Positions 45,512 to 56,080 of a stretch of DNA of 64,000 nucleotides are shown here, one piece after another; the first letter of the stretch is position 1, and each line of letters opens with the position of its first letter. The notes beneath the pieces were generated by a model, which saw nothing but the letters and a program-made list of their open reading frames with translations, did not search any database and had not been told where the DNA came from. Location: IMG/VR virus record IMGVR_UViG_3300010224_000007, one strand, 5' to 3'. Source of the DNA: a virus. Both the position numbers and the translations under genes were made by a program.

Positions 45512-46122
45512 GGGTTGATCATCCTTTGATATAGGCGATGGGTTCCGATCTTTTCGAGCGGAAGCCCATCTAGATTGAAGGCTTGGGGGTCCATCTTCGG
45601 ACCAGCCGGAAGTTCGAACTTCTGGCCCAGTAGGATCACCGGTCGGTGATAGAGGGGCATCGTCTCGATCAGGCGGTCGAGCAGCTTGTGGTTCTGATAA
45701 CGGTAGCCGTAGATGATCAACGGGGTGAGGTTGGTCAGCATCAGGTGATGCGGAATCTTCCTCATGTCGATCGTCCAGAACGGCATCCAGGCAGCAGTCC
45801 CGTCAGAGCTGGACAGCCTGAGCAGGTTCGAGATCGCGGTTCGGTTGTCCGGAGTGTCGACGACCATGAGAGGCTTGCCAATCGCGGTCTTCGGGAGGGG
45901 GAGCGCCGCTTCGATAAGCGGGTGATCGGGCAGTGGGTGATCGAGGCGATCATCCAGGTCGATCTTGTGGGGGCAAACCGGTCGGTTCTTGATGCCCAGC
46001 ACGACTTCAATGTCCAGGTCTACGCCGGTGGCGTTGGCAACGGAAGGGCCGGCTTGGATAAGCACCCCGATGTCGCCTACGATCCAATGCAGACCGTATG
46101 ACGGGGCATGGACCTTGATCAT
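45508..46122 (-). CDS. Hypothetical protein (204 aa)
   Basis: ATGA overlaps at both ends. Confidence 0.6.
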   Translation of the reverse strand: MIKVHAPSYGLHWIVGDIGVLIQAGPSVANATGVDLDIEVVLGIKNRPVCPHKIDLDDRLDHPLPDHPLIEAALPLPKTAIGKPLMVVDTPDNRTAISNLLRLSSSDGTAAWMPFWTIDMRKIPHHLMLTNLTPLIIYGYRYQNHKLLDRLIETMPLYHRPVILLGQKFELPAGPKMDPQAFNLDGLPLEKIGTHRLYQRMINP

Positions 46123-46460
46123 ACAGAGACGGTGGTCAGCTTAACTGAGACCTGAGCTGCGCGGTTCTGCGAGAAAACATCCTGGTAGGACAGGAAGCCC
46201 GCGTTCATGATGAAGGCCTGCATCTGTGGTTCGAGGGCTTTGAAGGCCTTCTCGTCCGCGACGAGTTTCTCACCAGTCTTCTTCGCGACGGCGGGCGCGG
46301 AGACAGTGACGAAACCACCGTCACCATTGTAGGCAGCAGGTCCGAACGATCGGAGCGCTGCCTTCAGCTCTTCCTTCTCGATGACGAGAGGTTCGAGCGT
46401 CCTTTCGATTTCCAGAAGGCGATCAACGAGGCCTTGCTGGGTTTTGAGGTTTTGGAGCAT
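46119..46460 (-). CDS. Hypothetical protein (113 aa)
   Basis: GAGGAGG RBS before ATG at 46460. Confidence 0.6.
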   Translation of the reverse strand: MLQNLKTQQGLVDRLLEIERTLEPLVIEKEELKAALRSFGPAAYNGDGGFVTVSAPAVAKKTGEKLVADEKAFKALEPQMQAFIMNAGFLSYQDVFSQNRAAQVSVKLTTVSV

Positions 46461-46635
46461 TGCGTAGTGCCTCCTCTGCATAAAACTTCGACACCAAGGC
46501 CCGAGTGAACGGATCTGGATGGTTTCGAGAGTTCATTTGAACAAACCCCGCGAGAAACGCGGCACGTCTCTCGCGGGGCTGACGGTGGTAGGTTTGAAGG
46601 ATCGAGAAATAATCTCGGTACTTGGTTATGATCAT
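46423..46635 (-). CDS. Hypothetical protein (70 aa)
   Basis: ATGA overlap with the HTH gene. Confidence 0.45.
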   Translation of the reverse strand: MIITKYRDYFSILQTYHRQPRERRAAFLAGFVQMNSRNHPDPFTRALVSKFYAEEALRNAPKPQNPARPR

Positions 46636-47078
46636 GTCTTCCTGACAGTGTTGGACCCCGTCGCCCCCGTGCCTGCGAGAACAGACACAGGAGTGATGAG
46701 TTCATTCAAGCTAAGACCCGTGACCTTACTGATCCGGGTCAGCTGGGCCAGCGTGAACGCATGCAAGCCCAGCTCCATATTCCGGAGAACCGGAATGCTC
46801 ACCCCCACCAACTCGGCCATTTCCGAATGTGACCTCGAACCACGGTGCATCGTCAGCTTGATGCCAACGGTGCGGTGTTGCGGATCGATTGCTTCACGAT
46901 CGATGGTGCGAAGATGACCCTTACGGGCCGGGAGCTTCCTCGTCACGTTATATTGGTTCTTCAACCGGATGATCGTGTCGCGATGACGACCATATTTGCG
47001 AGCGATTTCGTCGTAGGAAAGGTCGGTGTTCGTAAGGTCATAGACAGCTGCCGAGTGCCACCCTGAATTGTCGGCCAT
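46632..47078 (-). CDS. Transcriptional regulator with two HTH-like motifs (XRE-type C-terminal)
   Basis: SYDEIARKYGRHRDTI and SHSEMAELVGVSIPVLRNMELG. Confidence 0.75.
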   Translation of the reverse strand: MADNSGWHSAAVYDLTNTDLSYDEIARKYGRHRDTIIRLKNQYNVTRKLPARKGHLRTIDREAIDPQHRTVGIKLTMHRGSRSHSEMAELVGVSIPVLRNMELGLHAFTLAQLTRISKVTGLSLNELITPVSVLAGTGATGSNTVRKT

Positions 47079-47098
47079 TTAATATATTCTCCGAGCAA

Positions 47099-47331
<233 letters not shown>

Positions 47332-48167
47332 CTCCATTTTCTCCGCCGCTTCTCTAAGCGTCTTCGAGGACGTGTGCGAGTAACGTTTGACCATGGAACG
47401 GGTCTTATGACCCATGATGTCCATGAGGACCGTTTCCTCGATACCCGCCTGCTTCCCGAGAGACGCATAGGTGTGTCTAAGATCGTGTATCCTCAAACCT
47501 TTTAGACCTGATTTGTCAACCGCATTCTTCCAAGATTTTTTGAAAGATGTGATTGGCCCCCTGGTCTTTGGGTTATAAAATACCCAATCCTTGACCGAGG
47601 TCTTTTTTGTGACCACGAGTGTGTCACGCAGACGTTTGGTTAGAGGGATGATCCTCGACTCACCTGTCTTCGTGCGTTTCTCGTCCAGATTGCCGAGCAC
47701 GATTTGGCTTCGTTTCAAATCGATCTCGGACCACGTCAATCCACAGACCTCGCCTGAACGCATGCCGGTGTCGACTGCAAGCAGAATGAACAGCCTGAGT
47801 TGACTAGATTTGCACGCGGCCAGTAGCTTCTCAACGTCCTCCGGCCGAAGCCATCGGTTACGTTCTTTCGCCTCCGCAAGCCCGCTCTTGTCAAAGTCCT
47901 TGGCGGGGTTACGGGTGATCTTATCGTCCCAGTGCTTCGCTGTCGAAATCAGGGACGAAAGGAAAGCAATATCTCGGCGGATCGCCACCGATCCGCTCAC
48001 CTTGAGACGTTCTCTAACATAGTGCTTGAGATGTTTGTCTTCTAGTGCAGCGAGGCCGAAATCGCCTAGTACACTGTAGATATTGCGGAAGCTCGTTTTA
48101 TAGTTATCGACCGTTTTCGCCTTGATGTCAGCGGTCTTGAAAAACGTCGCCGCCGCATCCGAGAAGC

Positions 48168-48500
48168 TTATAGATCCCAGACTTGCGTGTTTGGCATTCT
48201 CTTCGGCTTCGATTGCGTCTGCCTTTTTCTGAGCAGCTCCTCGGTTTCTTTCCTGAGTTGATATCCGCTTGCGGACACCGCCAACGGTGATATTGGCTTG
48301 ATAGAAAGGACTTCCTTCTCGTTTGTAGACGGTTGACATTCATGCTTATCCCGAAGCCAGGAATCGATGTCCTCTGACCTCACTCGCCACGAGCGTCCGA
48401 ACTTCACAGCACCGGGTAGTTTCCCACGCGATGCCCAGTAAATGAGAGTCCGTTCGCTGACGGACAGCTTCAGAGAGAGTTCCCTCAAGGTCATGTACAT
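48168..48500 (-). CDS. xis: Excisionase (winged HTH), C-terminal tail overlapping the int start
   Basis: MTLRELSLKLSVSERTLIYWASRGKLPGAVKFGRSWRV. Confidence 0.85.
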   Translation of the reverse strand: MYMTLRELSLKLSVSERTLIYWASRGKLPGAVKFGRSWRVRSEDIDSWLRDKHECQPSTNEKEVLSIKPISPLAVSASGYQLRKETEELLRKRQTQSKPKRMPNTQVWDL

Positions 48501-48525
48501 GATGGCAGGCTTCTTACTTGGTTTC

Positions 48526-48747
48526 CTAGTTAAAGTGACGGTGGAATCTCTTTAGCACATGGACATAGACATCCGGAAGTGGATATCCAGAGTCTTCCAC
48601 GATTTTCGCCGCAGTTTTCATGCGTTCGATCGTTGGTGCGAGTGCGAAGAAATCTTCGTCCTCATAATGTAGGTCAAGCTCCGAGGCAAGTTCTTTTAGC
48701 AAGTCGCAAATTGCCTCCGCTACGTCCATGTTGATAGTCCCTTGCAT
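48526..48747 (-). CDS. Hypothetical protein (73 aa)
   Basis: GAAGGA RBS. Confidence 0.55.
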   Translation of the reverse strand: MQGTINMDVAEAICDLLKELASELDLHYEDEDFFALAPTIERMKTAAKIVEDSGYPLPDVYVHVLKRFHRHFN

Positions 48748-48749
48748 GT

Positions 48750-49479
48750 CTAGTCCTTCATAAGTGTGTCATCTACAAGCCGCTTCCTGTTGCCGTGTGC
48801 CGGAAAGCCTACGATGACCCCCTTACGCTCATGAGAACAGACCCTGCATTCATCGCATGTCGTATGCGTGTATGTCGCAGGACATACCATGAGCTTGTGA
48901 CCTTCCGGCAGATTGTTTTTCATAGGTCTTACCCGAGCCCGATACTCGGAAAGCGTTTCACTGAACTCCCCCCCCTTTGCTTTTCCTTGCGTAGTCAGAG
49001 TGTATTACCACTGCGACGGGGAGACCAGTCTGCTTGAGTTCCACAGCCTCATCCAAGTTATCAGCGGACAAGTTTACTGGAAACCCTAAATCTTTAGCCT
49101 TACGCAAGGCTTGAAGATTCTTTTCTGTGGGTGGTTTGTGAGTAAACGCAATCACAGGTCTATTTCGATTAGCGACTGCTAATCTTGTGAGCTTTTCTTC
49201 GTCTATTTCGTCTCCGACGCCCGGAAGGTCGCCAGCTTGACCATATCTCCATAGCTGATTTCGCATGATTTTGCTCACGGATTTAACGAATGAATCAAAA
49301 TCCATTCCTTTGGTTCCGGAACTGATTTCTTGCCAGTGAATACGAAGAGGACCGTTCTCTGCATAGCATCCCTTGCCCAGCAGCGGACAGCTGCTGGGAC
49401 ACGTCTCTTGCGAGCTGGTGGATACTGGGATGGGTCCGGTCTTTCGGTTCGTACTCACTTCCGTTAGGAAGTAGCGCAT
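48750..49479 (-). pseudogene. Cys-rich protein split by a G8 tract (242 aa if G7)
   Basis: N-part TCPSSCPLLGKGCYA...GQAGDLPG. After the G8 at 48968-48975 the +1 frame reads ...VCPATYTHTTCDECRVC...VIVGFPAHG and stops 2 nt before the next ATG. Confidence 0.75.
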
Positions 49480-49508
49480 CTGAACCTCAGAAATTGACCT
49501 GTTGCAGA

Positions 49509-50327
49509 TTAGTCATACCAATTGAAGAAATCGGGATCGTCTTCTTCGTCGAGGGTGTCCACGTCGATGATCAAAGGTCGACCGTCGAACAGATGGCTCG
49601 TTTGGCTTTCCGGCACTTCGCCGACGACTTTGTACTTCCAGGCTCGACCCTTTGCGTTCTCGTAGTCCGCTGGGATAGCAACCACGTCTCGCGGGTCAAT
49701 TTCGAGGATAACTACACGGCCTTGACTTCCATAGTAGTGCGGGAGATAGGACCAGGAGCAGAAATGCAGACCATGGCTGCACGTTTGATACCTATCCGGG
49801 TTGACAGACTCGCGGTCCATCTCGACAGTTTCACCCACGCGGTTATAGACAGTGTCTCCGTCTGGACCCCGGTGGAAAGAAGAGTAGTCGAGCTTGACCT
49901 TCTTGTAAGCCAGGAAATTGCCGTCTTGGGTGATCGGCATCTGTGCCTGTGTCAGCCACAGAAACAATTCCTCCCGAGCAGCCGCACTCGGGTGTTCATA
50001 GAGCTTGCCCATGAACTTGGCCCAGGGCTCTATATTGAGATCCAGGCGCAACATTTCAAGCATTCGCTGGGTGAGAAACGAGTGAATTTCCTCACCTCGG
50101 TACAAAATGGCATCCTGCGTGACATCGACGTCGCCAACGGTGAGCAGAGACCTGATCGAGGCGGCGACGTTCGTGAGTGGAGCGAGGGCGTCCTCGGTTC
50201 CCGTGTCATTCTTCAGATGCTCGACGATTCTCTCATAGTTGAGATGCGAGGATGCGATCGACAGTGGTTTTCCTTGAAGGACAACGGTCAGGCTGTCTTT
50301 CGAGATCATGAATGGGACGTTGGTCAT
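49509..50327 (-). CDS. rIIB: RIIB-like protein
   Basis: ITQDGNFLAYKKV, TCSHGLHF, IDPRDVVAIPADY...KGR..KY.VV. Confidence 0.85.
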   Translation of the reverse strand: MTNVPFMISKDSLTVVLQGKPLSIASSHLNYERIVEHLKNDTGTEDALAPLTNVAASIRSLLTVGDVDVTQDAILYRGEEIHSFLTQRMLEMLRLDLNIEPWAKFMGKLYEHPSAAAREELFLWLTQAQMPITQDGNFLAYKKVKLDYSSFHRGPDGDTVYNRVGETVEMDRESVNPDRYQTCSHGLHFCSWSYLPHYYGSQGRVVILEIDPRDVVAIPADYENAKGRAWKYKVVGEVPESQTSHLFDGRPLIIDVDTLDEEDDPDFFNWYD

Positions 50328-52390
50328 TTCGAGAGAAGTTCCATGTAGTGCTGGAGCTTGGCCTCGTTATCTATGGACGCATAGAGCAACGGGTATTGCT
50401 CCATCAGAGCCTCCCAGTCGCCGAGTACCTCGTTGCGATAGGGATTGTTGACGGAATTGGGGATAAACTCAGGCAGGAACGAGGTGAGTTGGGAGATGGA
50501 TTCGGTGATGAATGTCTCGACCGGACCCGTTCTTTCCTGATACCGTCTGACGAACTCTGTGAGGTTCGCCGGGATCAGCGGTTTGACGCTGTCGGGAGCC
50601 GACGCGATGCGAGAGATCGCGTTGGTCATGTTGTATGGCAGGTTTAGTGCCCGCCGTTGCAGGTACGCGAGGTATTCAGCCCTGTCGGGCAGCAGCGAGC
50701 GAAGCTTGTCGTGGTACTTGACCAGATTGACGCCCTTCTCCCGCAATCTCCAAATCTGGTCGTTGCGGAGGATGTAGACGTCGAACTTCGTATTCAGCGT
50801 ATCCATGTGGCTTTCAACCCACATGCCGACCTTGGTGGCCGAATAGTAGCTGCCATGGTCGCCGCGTGGGTAGACCCTCTGGCCGGCGTATTCGACGTAG
50901 ACCAGTTCCTTGATATCGTCGAGGTTGACGAGCCGGGGAATGACGCCAGTGTAGTTCAGCTGTTTCAAGGTGGCGACGTTTGGTCTCGACTTCTTGTCAC
51001 GCTTCGGCAAGGCCAATGGCTCGATCTGATCAGTGATGAAGACTGTGGTCGGCCGGCCGAGGATGTTGACCAGATGCTCAGCGTGGCTCTGGGTCTTGGC
51101 TTTGATCCAGATGGCTCGCTGACCTTTGGGCAACTCCGAGAAGGCCCGACGAACACGCATGTTGGTCTTGGTGCTGGCCTTCTCCACTTCCATGATCAGG
51201 GTCGTCTTCAAAAGACGACCCGGTTCCAGGCTGATGGGGTAGGCTTTTCGTATGGCGGTGAACGAAGCGCCGGCGAGCGGACTGCCGATCCAGTGGTGGT
51301 CCCACTCATACATGCGAGCCCGGTGTTCATTGCCGATTTGCTGGATCTTGAATTCGAGCTTGAGCGGCTCACCCCGGAATGTCAGGTGCTGGCCAAGAAT
51401 CTTCCAGATGACATCGGTCACGCGCTTCTTGTGAAGCAGATCGCAGGCGTGAAGGTAGCTTTCGCAAGCGTCCAACTCTTCCTGGACCATGGTCGTCATG
51501 TCGGTGAGTATTTCGTCCAGACGCTTTTCGATGTTGGCGACGGTCAGCTCGTCATAGCCCAGGGCTTCTCGCGAGGTGTTGACCGACAGCTGGCCGATGG
51601 GGTAGTCAATGAGCACCGGCAGCTTGAACAGCGGGTTATCGCGGAGCCGGGGTGCCAGGGCGTCCGGATCGAGCGGGTAGATCACGCAGCCTTGGCGGGC
51701 CATGGCCTTGTCGCCCCACGGGAAATCGTGTTTGTGGTAGATCGCCCAGTTGTCACCCGACAGTTTCGGCTCCGGGTATTCCGTCTCCATGTTGATCAGG
51801 TTCGGCTTCGGGTCGAAGCCGAAGAAGACGATCGGCGCTGCAGAACGGAACGTCTCAACATCCTTCATCTGGACAGCGAAGCTGACCTCGATTCCGGTTG
51901 GTTCATCGGAAGGCTCAGCAGAAACCAGCCCGATCTGCGGAACATCGTCCGCACCGATCGACACCACATAAACCCGGCGCTCGCCGTCGAGCCATGCGGT
52001 GACGGAGAAGCTGGAAGTGTAGGCGAACGGGGATTTGGAACCCAGGCCGATCATGCCGACCGCGCTGTTGTCGTCGCGCTTCGACGATGCGAACATGGTT
52101 GAATAGAGGCCCATGATGTCGGCGTGGCTCATCGAACAGCCATAGTCTCGCACCGAGAAATTCGGATCGAAGATGGTGGGCAGCTTGACGTCGAAGGGAA
52201 CATCGAGCTTGCCGGCCGCAACGTGGCCGTCGCGGGCGTTGGTCGCCAGCTCTCGCATCGGCGACCGGATTTTGTCGGCATAGATACCGTTGATGACCGA
52301 GTAGAACATCATGCTGTTCATCTCGACTTTGAAGCTCTGGGCGTCGATGTTCGACGCCCAGTCATCATTTCGAAGAGCATTAAGCTGCAT
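50324..52390 (-). CDS. rIIA: RIIA-like protein with GHKL ATPase domain
   Basis: RELATNARD, VRDYG, GMIGLGSKSPFAY, SREAL.YD; paired with rIIB. Confidence 0.88.
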   Translation of the reverse strand: MQLNALRNDDWASNIDAQSFKVEMNSMMFYSVINGIYADKIRSPMRELATNARDGHVAAGKLDVPFDVKLPTIFDPNFSVRDYGCSMSHADIMGLYSTMFASSKRDDNSAVGMIGLGSKSPFAYTSSFSVTAWLDGERRVYVVSIGADDVPQIGLVSAEPSDEPTGIEVSFAVQMKDVETFRSAAPIVFFGFDPKPNLINMETEYPEPKLSGDNWAIYHKHDFPWGDKAMARQGCVIYPLDPDALAPRLRDNPLFKLPVLIDYPIGQLSVNTSREALGYDELTVANIEKRLDEILTDMTTMVQEELDACESYLHACDLLHKKRVTDVIWKILGQHLTFRGEPLKLEFKIQQIGNEHRARMYEWDHHWIGSPLAGASFTAIRKAYPISLEPGRLLKTTLIMEVEKASTKTNMRVRRAFSELPKGQRAIWIKAKTQSHAEHLVNILGRPTTVFITDQIEPLALPKRDKKSRPNVATLKQLNYTGVIPRLVNLDDIKELVYVEYAGQRVYPRGDHGSYYSATKVGMWVESHMDTLNTKFDVYILRNDQIWRLREKGVNLVKYHDKLRSLLPDRAEYLAYLQRRALNLPYNMTNAISRIASAPDSVKPLIPANLTEFVRRYQERTGPVETFITESISQLTSFLPEFIPNSVNNPYRNEVLGDWEALMEQYPLLYASIDNEAKLQHYMELLSK

Positions 52391-53432
52391 AGAGGTAATT
52401 CTCCAGGTCAAGGAAGGTGATGCCATACTGGTCCAGGAGATCGGCGACGACCTCCGGGTTGGCGCTGATGAACTCGATCAGCGCCTCACGGCTGTTTGAG
52501 CTGTACAAGTTGGCTGAAAACGACGAGGATTTGCGACCGCGACCACGGTTCTTGCGGTTGGACTTGCCGTTCCCGCTGAGGAAGCTGTTGCCGCCAACCA
52601 ACGATGGACGACGCCACTCGCGGTCGTCGTCATCGACGTCGTCCCATATCGAGTAGGAAGAGCCGTAGCTGAGATACCCACCCCTCCAGTCGTAGTCGTT
52701 GTCCACCTCGTTGGGGTCGCGATCGACGACGAGCTTGCTCTGATCGAGCTTGATCATCATGTCGAGCAGTTCCTGCATGTGCCGAAGATCCTGGCATTCA
52801 GATGCACTGTGCTCCCGGAAATAACCGACCGACACATTGGTGCATTCCGGAATCAGGTGGGTGTAATTGGCTGTGTCGGTGAAGACGCCGCTGTTGTCCT
52901 TCTGGTAGCCGGTTAGCTGGTCAGCCAGGGAGTTGGCGAACTTCGTCGAGCAGCACCGGCCGAACTGGTGCGTGATCACCGAATTGCGAGCACGACGGTC
53001 GAAAGCGATGGCGATCTTGATGTTCGACAAGAGCTTGGTCTGTGTCTTGGCGAAGAAATCCGACCCGTGACCACCGCTCTCTTCCTCGCGGTGGAAGACA
53101 TAGAGCCCCGGCACGCCAGCCCTGATCATCTCGGTCATGATCCAGACACCAGTGGTGCAGTCTGCACCCAGGCAGTTCGAGATGCGCTCCTCGTCGGCGA
53201 GGTAGGCCCAGTCACCATCAGCACCGACCAGCTGGTGGCCGTCCATCCAGTGGACCGTGTCGGTGTGGCAGGACCACATGATCGGACTATCGCCGATCAC
53301 CTTGTAGAGGTTGCCGAAGTAGTCGACCTGGACATCAAGCGGCAGCAGAAACCTCTTGATGAACTTCTCTTCCGTCAAAGAACGCGAGGGTCTCCGGTAG
53401 GAAAGCATTTCTAAGTACGTTGCGACGGTCAT
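52380..53432 (-). CDS. Zn-dependent M28/M20-like peptidase
   Basis: SCHTDTVH, LGADC..G, HREEESG, FDRR, TDTANY, SVGYFREH. Confidence 0.8.
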   Translation of the reverse strand: MTVATYLEMLSYRRPSRSLTEEKFIKRFLLPLDVQVDYFGNLYKVIGDSPIMWSCHTDTVHWMDGHQLVGADGDWAYLADEERISNCLGADCTTGVWIMTEMIRAGVPGLYVFHREEESGGHGSDFFAKTQTKLLSNIKIAIAFDRRARNSVITHQFGRCCSTKFANSLADQLTGYQKDNSGVFTDTANYTHLIPECTNVSVGYFREHSASECQDLRHMQELLDMMIKLDQSKLVVDRDPNEVDNDYDWRGGYLSYGSSYSIWDDVDDDDREWRRPSLVGGNSFLSGNGKSNRKNRGRGRKSSSFSANLYSSNSREALIEFISANPEVVADLLDQYGITFLDLENYLYAA

Positions 53433-54714
53433 AGTATTCCTTTTCCGCTTCTGCGGGTGTCATGCGTTTTTCGTTGAAGGTGGGGAGGTCTCGCACCAGG
53501 AACTTGAGCCCGGTCACGGAGCAGACGTGCATGGCACGTCGATCTTCGTCTTTGATCTTGCGACCATCGGCGAGGATGTGAGCCTCGACCGCGCCGCTGT
53601 CGATGTCATCGAAGGGCTCGTTCGCGATGGCATCTATGCCGGCTTTGCGCTCGGCACACACCTTGCAGATCCTCCCGCCACCTGAGAACGAGAGGTAATC
53701 ATGGGAGCTTCGATGATGTGGTCTCGTGCATTCCCGGCAGGTGAATTCATGGTCGTAATCATGACTGGCGGTGCCAGAGGTGTTGTTGGCGCTGTACTCA
53801 CCATCTGGATCGACGATGAAGTAATTTCTATCCTCCGACAGGGTCAGCGATTCCACGATGTCGAGGTATGGTGCAGTCCAACCCTCGTCCTCATCGTAGC
53901 GGTCGGCACAGGAGCCCCACTCGTCGTCGTAGTCCTCGCTGCCCTCTTCATAGACGTACTCGCCGCTCACCCACTCGGTGGCGAAGCGGGCACCATACCA
54001 ATCGCGGCCCATGCCGAACCGGTAACCCTCCCGCTTGAGGAAGAGCGCGAGCTTCAGGATGTTGCCGTAGAGCCGGCCGAATATTTTTCGCTCCGGCCAA
54101 ACGATGCCTCGGGCAATGACGCGACCCGGTCGCTGGGCATCGGTGAGATAGGCAATCGTGAGATCGCCATCGGCGTAGGCCCGCACAGGCATTTCTCCCT
54201 GAACGTACCACTTGCTCGACTTGCTCATGCACGACTGGTCGCCACAGTTCCCATAGGCGAACTCGATGTCTTCGGCGTCCTCGGCGAAGTGAAGCACCTC
54301 GTCGTCGAAGTAGCAGGGGTCTTGCTGCGAAGCCCAGAATTCGATCTCCTCCCGGTACTGGAAGCTGTCCGAGAATATCAGCCGAAGGTACTGGTGCAGA
54401 ACCATCTGCTGGCTTCTGTTAAACTTGCGATCTTCCTCCGTGCCGAAATACCGGATCACCCGTTCCTTGGGATCGAACACTGCTTCCGCGCTAATCTTGC
54501 GCAGGACACCCTCCCAAACGAGCGGGAGCATACCCTCACGCATGAGGGTGTTGTTTTCGTCAGCGATCGGCCGGGGCTGAAACTTCACGCCGGGATTACT
54601 GAAGCGGAGCTGGGCCGCATAGTGCTCTGCCTCTTTGCCAGAGTTGAACTCAGGGAGGCCAGGGACGGTCTGGACCTTGCCGGCCGCGACTTTCACGATT
54701 TCGAACTTTGCCAT
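53335..54714 (-). CDS. Conserved-looking phage hypothetical protein (459 aa)
   Basis: SCMS, ARGIVW, GRLYG, PYLD motifs; Cys-rich C-terminus. Confidence 0.65.
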   Translation of the reverse strand: MAKFEIVKVAAGKVQTVPGLPEFNSGKEAEHYAAQLRFSNPGVKFQPRPIADENNTLMREGMLPLVWEGVLRKISAEAVFDPKERVIRYFGTEEDRKFNRSQQMVLHQYLRLIFSDSFQYREEIEFWASQQDPCYFDDEVLHFAEDAEDIEFAYGNCGDQSCMSKSSKWYVQGEMPVRAYADGDLTIAYLTDAQRPGRVIARGIVWPERKIFGRLYGNILKLALFLKREGYRFGMGRDWYGARFATEWVSGEYVYEEGSEDYDDEWGSCADRYDEDEGWTAPYLDIVESLTLSEDRNYFIVDPDGEYSANNTSGTASHDYDHEFTCRECTRPHHRSSHDYLSFSGGGRICKVCAERKAGIDAIANEPFDDIDSGAVEAHILADGRKIKDEDRRAMHVCSVTGLKFLVRDLPTFNEKRMTPAEAEKEYYDRRNVLRNAFLPETLAFFDGREVHQEVSAAA

Positions 54715-54797
54715 TCTCAAAAACCATGGGTGTGCTCCGGGCACGGCTGTGCGTTCCCGAAAGCGGGTTGAACTGAAGGTGGGGGGAATGGGCGCGA

Positions 54798-55388
54798 CTA
54801 TGCGTCCAACAGATCGCGGTAGGTCTGATACCGGGCGATCACCTCGTCGGCCGAGAATTTCTCATAGAGGCCGTCGAGACTGGGAGCCTTGCGCTCCGGG
54901 ATAAAGGTGCGGGTCGGTTGGTCGAGCGGCACCACATCGGCGTATTGGTCGAGGACCAGAACCGTCTGATCCTGCTCCATGCGGATGGTGTGGAATTCCT
55001 CTGGTCGCATGAAATAGCTGTCGAACTTGCGATAGAAGAAGCGCTTGTACTCGAACAGGCGAGCCTCGCGCTTCCAGGTGAAGCCGTCGCCGCCGTTGAG
55101 CGGTGTCCGGTATTCGAATTCCTGGTAGACCTGGTTACCCTCGTGGTGCGGAAGGTGATCCTCGATATAGGTCGAGTTCGACATCACGCCGGTCAGCACC
55201 GTCGTCTTGAAGTGATAACGGTGATCGTGAGGGTTCACGACCTCCGGCAGCTTCGAGACGTTACCGTCGAAGAAATAGACCTTGCGGGTATGCTCCGGGG
55301 TCCGCTTGACGCACAGGTAATCGAAGCCCTTCGTATGAAAATTCTTGAAAGAGTGTTCGATCATCTGTTGGATGAATTGGTCGTTCAT
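54798..55388 (-). CDS. Cupin-fold metalloprotein (putative)
   Basis: PHDHRYHF...VL.G and FHTI His motifs. Confidence 0.6.
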   Translation of the reverse strand: MNDQFIQQMIEHSFKNFHTKGFDYLCVKRTPEHTRKVYFFDGNVSKLPEVVNPHDHRYHFKTTVLTGVMSNSTYIEDHLPHHEGNQVYQEFEYRTPLNGGDGFTWKREARLFEYKRFFYRKFDSYFMRPEEFHTIRMEQDQTVLVLDQYADVVPLDQPTRTFIPERKAPSLDGLYEKFSADEVIARYQTYRDLLDA

Positions 55389-55608
55389 TGAATTCCTCCA
55401 GCACGGCGGCGAGCCGATCCCGTGCAAGCTTGACGTCCTGGGTCATGGTCTGGCGGTGGACATTGAGCGTGCAAAGGTGCAGCCAGAATTCATTGGCCCA
55501 ATGCTTCTGCAGCTCCAGGAGCTGCTCGTCGGTGAGATCCGACAGGTGTAAGTCTCCGCCCGGTGATGTCTTGCTGGCCGGCACTGGCAGCACGAGCTTT
55601 CGTGGCAT
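55261..55608 (-). CDS. Hypothetical protein
   Basis: Helical N-terminal part; 3' end overlaps the cupin gene. Confidence 0.45.
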   Translation of the reverse strand: MPRKLVLPVPASKTSPGGDLHLSDLTDEQLLELQKHWANEFWLHLCTLNVHRQTMTQDVKLARDRLAAVLEEFNERPIHPTDDRTLFQEFSYEGLRLPVRQADPGAYPQGLFLRR

Positions 55609-55702
55609 GACATTCTTTCGTGCATAGGAACAAATTCTCAATTGACGTCTCTCTTCGGTCTGATAGGAATATAACCCTATGAGAACGGAAAGGGAACATA
55701 CA

Positions 55703-55918
55703 ATGAGAAATTTTTTGATCCGGGTTGGAAATCAGTGGCAGATCTGCTTTCAGACAACTGCCTGGAATGAAGGCCGCTGGCAGCTGGCCTGGGTCCGCGC
55801 CGTTGACGCGGAGTATGTATGCGAGGTGTGGAAAGAGGACGAGAAGCTCGATCTCAGGAGGTTGACGCCTGCTGAAATTCGAGCGCTTGATCCCCGGTCA
55901 CTGGTTCAACATCAGTGA
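55703..55918 (+). CDS. Hypothetical Trp-rich protein (71 aa), opposite strand
   Basis: AAAGGGA RBS; TTGACG about 55 nt upstream. Confidence 0.5.
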   Translation: MRNFLIRVGNQWQICFQTTAWNEGRWQLAWVRAVDAEYVCEVWKEDEKLDLRRLTPAEIRALDPRSLVQHQ

Positions 55919-56078
55919 TGTCGAAGGCGTCGAATTCAGCATCGCCTGCCGGCTCCCAATGACCATCATAATCCCTGGAGCCGGCGATCTCAGCTGCCTC
56001 CTCCTCGGAAGCAGCCTCAACGATCGTTTCGTAGTAGACCCAAGCGTCATGACCCTTGGTCACTTTGAATTTGGGCAT
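55854..56078 (-). CDS. Hypothetical acidic protein (74 aa)
   Basis: Typical small phage protein (VEAASEEEAAEIA). Confidence 0.55.
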   Translation of the reverse strand: MPKFKVTKGHDAWVYYETIVEAASEEEAAEIAGSRDYDGHWEPAGDAEFDAFDITDVEPVTGDQALEFQQASTS

Positions 56079-56080
56079 GA

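Noticed and set aside
55261-55388. Frameshift explaining long gene overlaps (also 53335-53432 and 48168-48339)
   Set aside because: No alternative frame gives a better protein; overlapping tails are plausible in phages, including xis over int.
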